This document shows, piece after piece, positions 32,158-33,264 of a stretch of 33,264 bases of DNA (the stretch's first letter is position 1; each line of letters begins with the position of its first letter). Location of the stretch: positions 69,686,736 through 69,719,999 of the forward strand of contig NC_068988.1 of assembly GCF_001194135.2 (NCBI RefSeq), in the 5' to 3' direction. The position numbers and the translations under genes are program-made. The notes under the pieces were generated by a model. It was not told the origin of the DNA, did not search any database, and was given only the letters and a program-made list of their open reading frames with translations. The DNA is from Octopus bimaculoides (lineage: Eukaryota).

Positions 32158-32577
32158 NNNNNNNNNNNNNNNNNNNNNNNNNNNNNNNNNNNNNNNNNNN
32201 NNNNNNNNNNNNNNNNNNNNNNNNNNNNNNNNNNNNNNNNNNNNNNNNNNNNNNNNNNNNNNNNNNNNNNNNNNNNNNNNNNNNNNNNNNNNNNNNNNNN
32301 NNNNNNNNNNNNNNNNNNNNNNNNNNNNNNNNNNNNNNNNNNNNNNNNNNNNNNNNNNNNNNNNNNNNNNNNNNNNNNNNNNNNNNNNNNNNNNNNNNNN
32401 NNNNNNNNNNNNNNNNNNNNNNNNNNNNNNNNNNNNNNNNNNNNNNNNNNNNNNNNNNNNNNNNNNNNNNNNNNNNNNNNNNNNNNNNNNNNNNNNNNNN
32501 NNNNNNNNNNNNNNNNNNNNNNNNNNNNNNNNNNNNNNNNNNNNNNNNNNNNNNNNNNNNNNNNNNNNNNNNNNNNN
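32158..32577. other. Assembly gap (420 N)
   Basis: N characters. Confidence 1.
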
Positions 32578-33170
32578 GTAAAAGACGATATTTGATCGAT
32601 TATTAAAGTTATTTAATATATATTTAGCACCAATGCAATAAATCTAATTCAAAAATTTCATAATCTCAATCTTATTTTTAATAAGCACAACAAATTTACA
32701 AGGAAATGTATGTGTAAAAAAATCTAAAATATCTGTTTTTTAATTGTAAATAATATGATATTGAATGTATATGATATTAAATCATAATAGCCTATAAAAA
32801 TATTAGTAAATTTAATTTTTTTTTTTGTCTCTTTTTGGTATTTATCCACTAAACATAAACTTTTGCTTATCAATCACATCTTCAACATTATGATAACTTT
32901 AACTCAAAATGCTTTCCTGATAATTTGTTTTTGGTGAATTTTAATAGAATTCTTCAAACTAAACCTATGATCACACCCTACATTTGATACTAGAAATACT
33001 CTACTAACATTTAATAATTTTGCAACGTTATTAAATTAATAATTTTGGAAGCTAAATGCTATTAGTTCAGAAAAATTGACAATAAATTTGTTTTGTTTTT
33101 TAGTAACAAGATATGTATTATATATATATATATATGAAAATCCCAAAAAGCAACACGGATTTTCAAGGTT

Positions 33171-33264
33171 ATTGCAGTACGCATGTTTCATGCAACTCCA
33201 TTTATTTAAATAATGCGAGCATTACTTAAACAAATGGAGTTGCATGAAACGTGCGTACTGCAAT
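33171..33264. repeat. Palindrome with 46-bp arms and 2-nt loop, truncated by the window end
   Basis: 33171-33216 versus 33219-33264: 3 mismatches, all transitions. Confidence 0.95.

Noticed and set aside
54-33264. Most ORFs in the supplied track (YIYI, CVCV, HTHT, LSLS, poly-H/poly-P peptides)
   Set aside because: They are translations of di-, tri- and tetranucleotide microsatellites or antisense SINE sequence, with no domain-like content.

Overview
AT-rich eukaryotic DNA dominated by microsatellites and transposon debris, with three assembly gaps. The repeat repertoire (tRNA-derived SINEs with internal CA/TG tracts and (GAT)n tails) suggests a cephalopod, probably Octopus; this is inferred, not proven. 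No intact prokaryote-type features and no intact transposase are present. Identified by eye: two decayed mariner elements (4583-5847 and 16839-17594), a Charlie/SPIN-type hAT element with TIRs and an 8-bp TSD (22437-24670), a ZMYM1/THAP12-type hAT remnant (~26100-27600), a Helitron Rep remnant with a 3' CTAG end, and about 20 SINE copies or fragments from several families. Points worth follow-up: (i) a phase-consistent chain of small minus-strand exons encoding a protein I cannot identify; (ii) a cluster of hammerhead-ribozyme-like motifs at 900-1600, with related Penelope-type remnants elsewhere; (iii) several long, near-perfect palindromes; (iv) a ~45-bp minisatellite split by SINE insertions. 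Nearly all ORFs in the supplied track are microsatellite, gap or antisense artefacts. All alignments were done manually; nothing was searched against a database.
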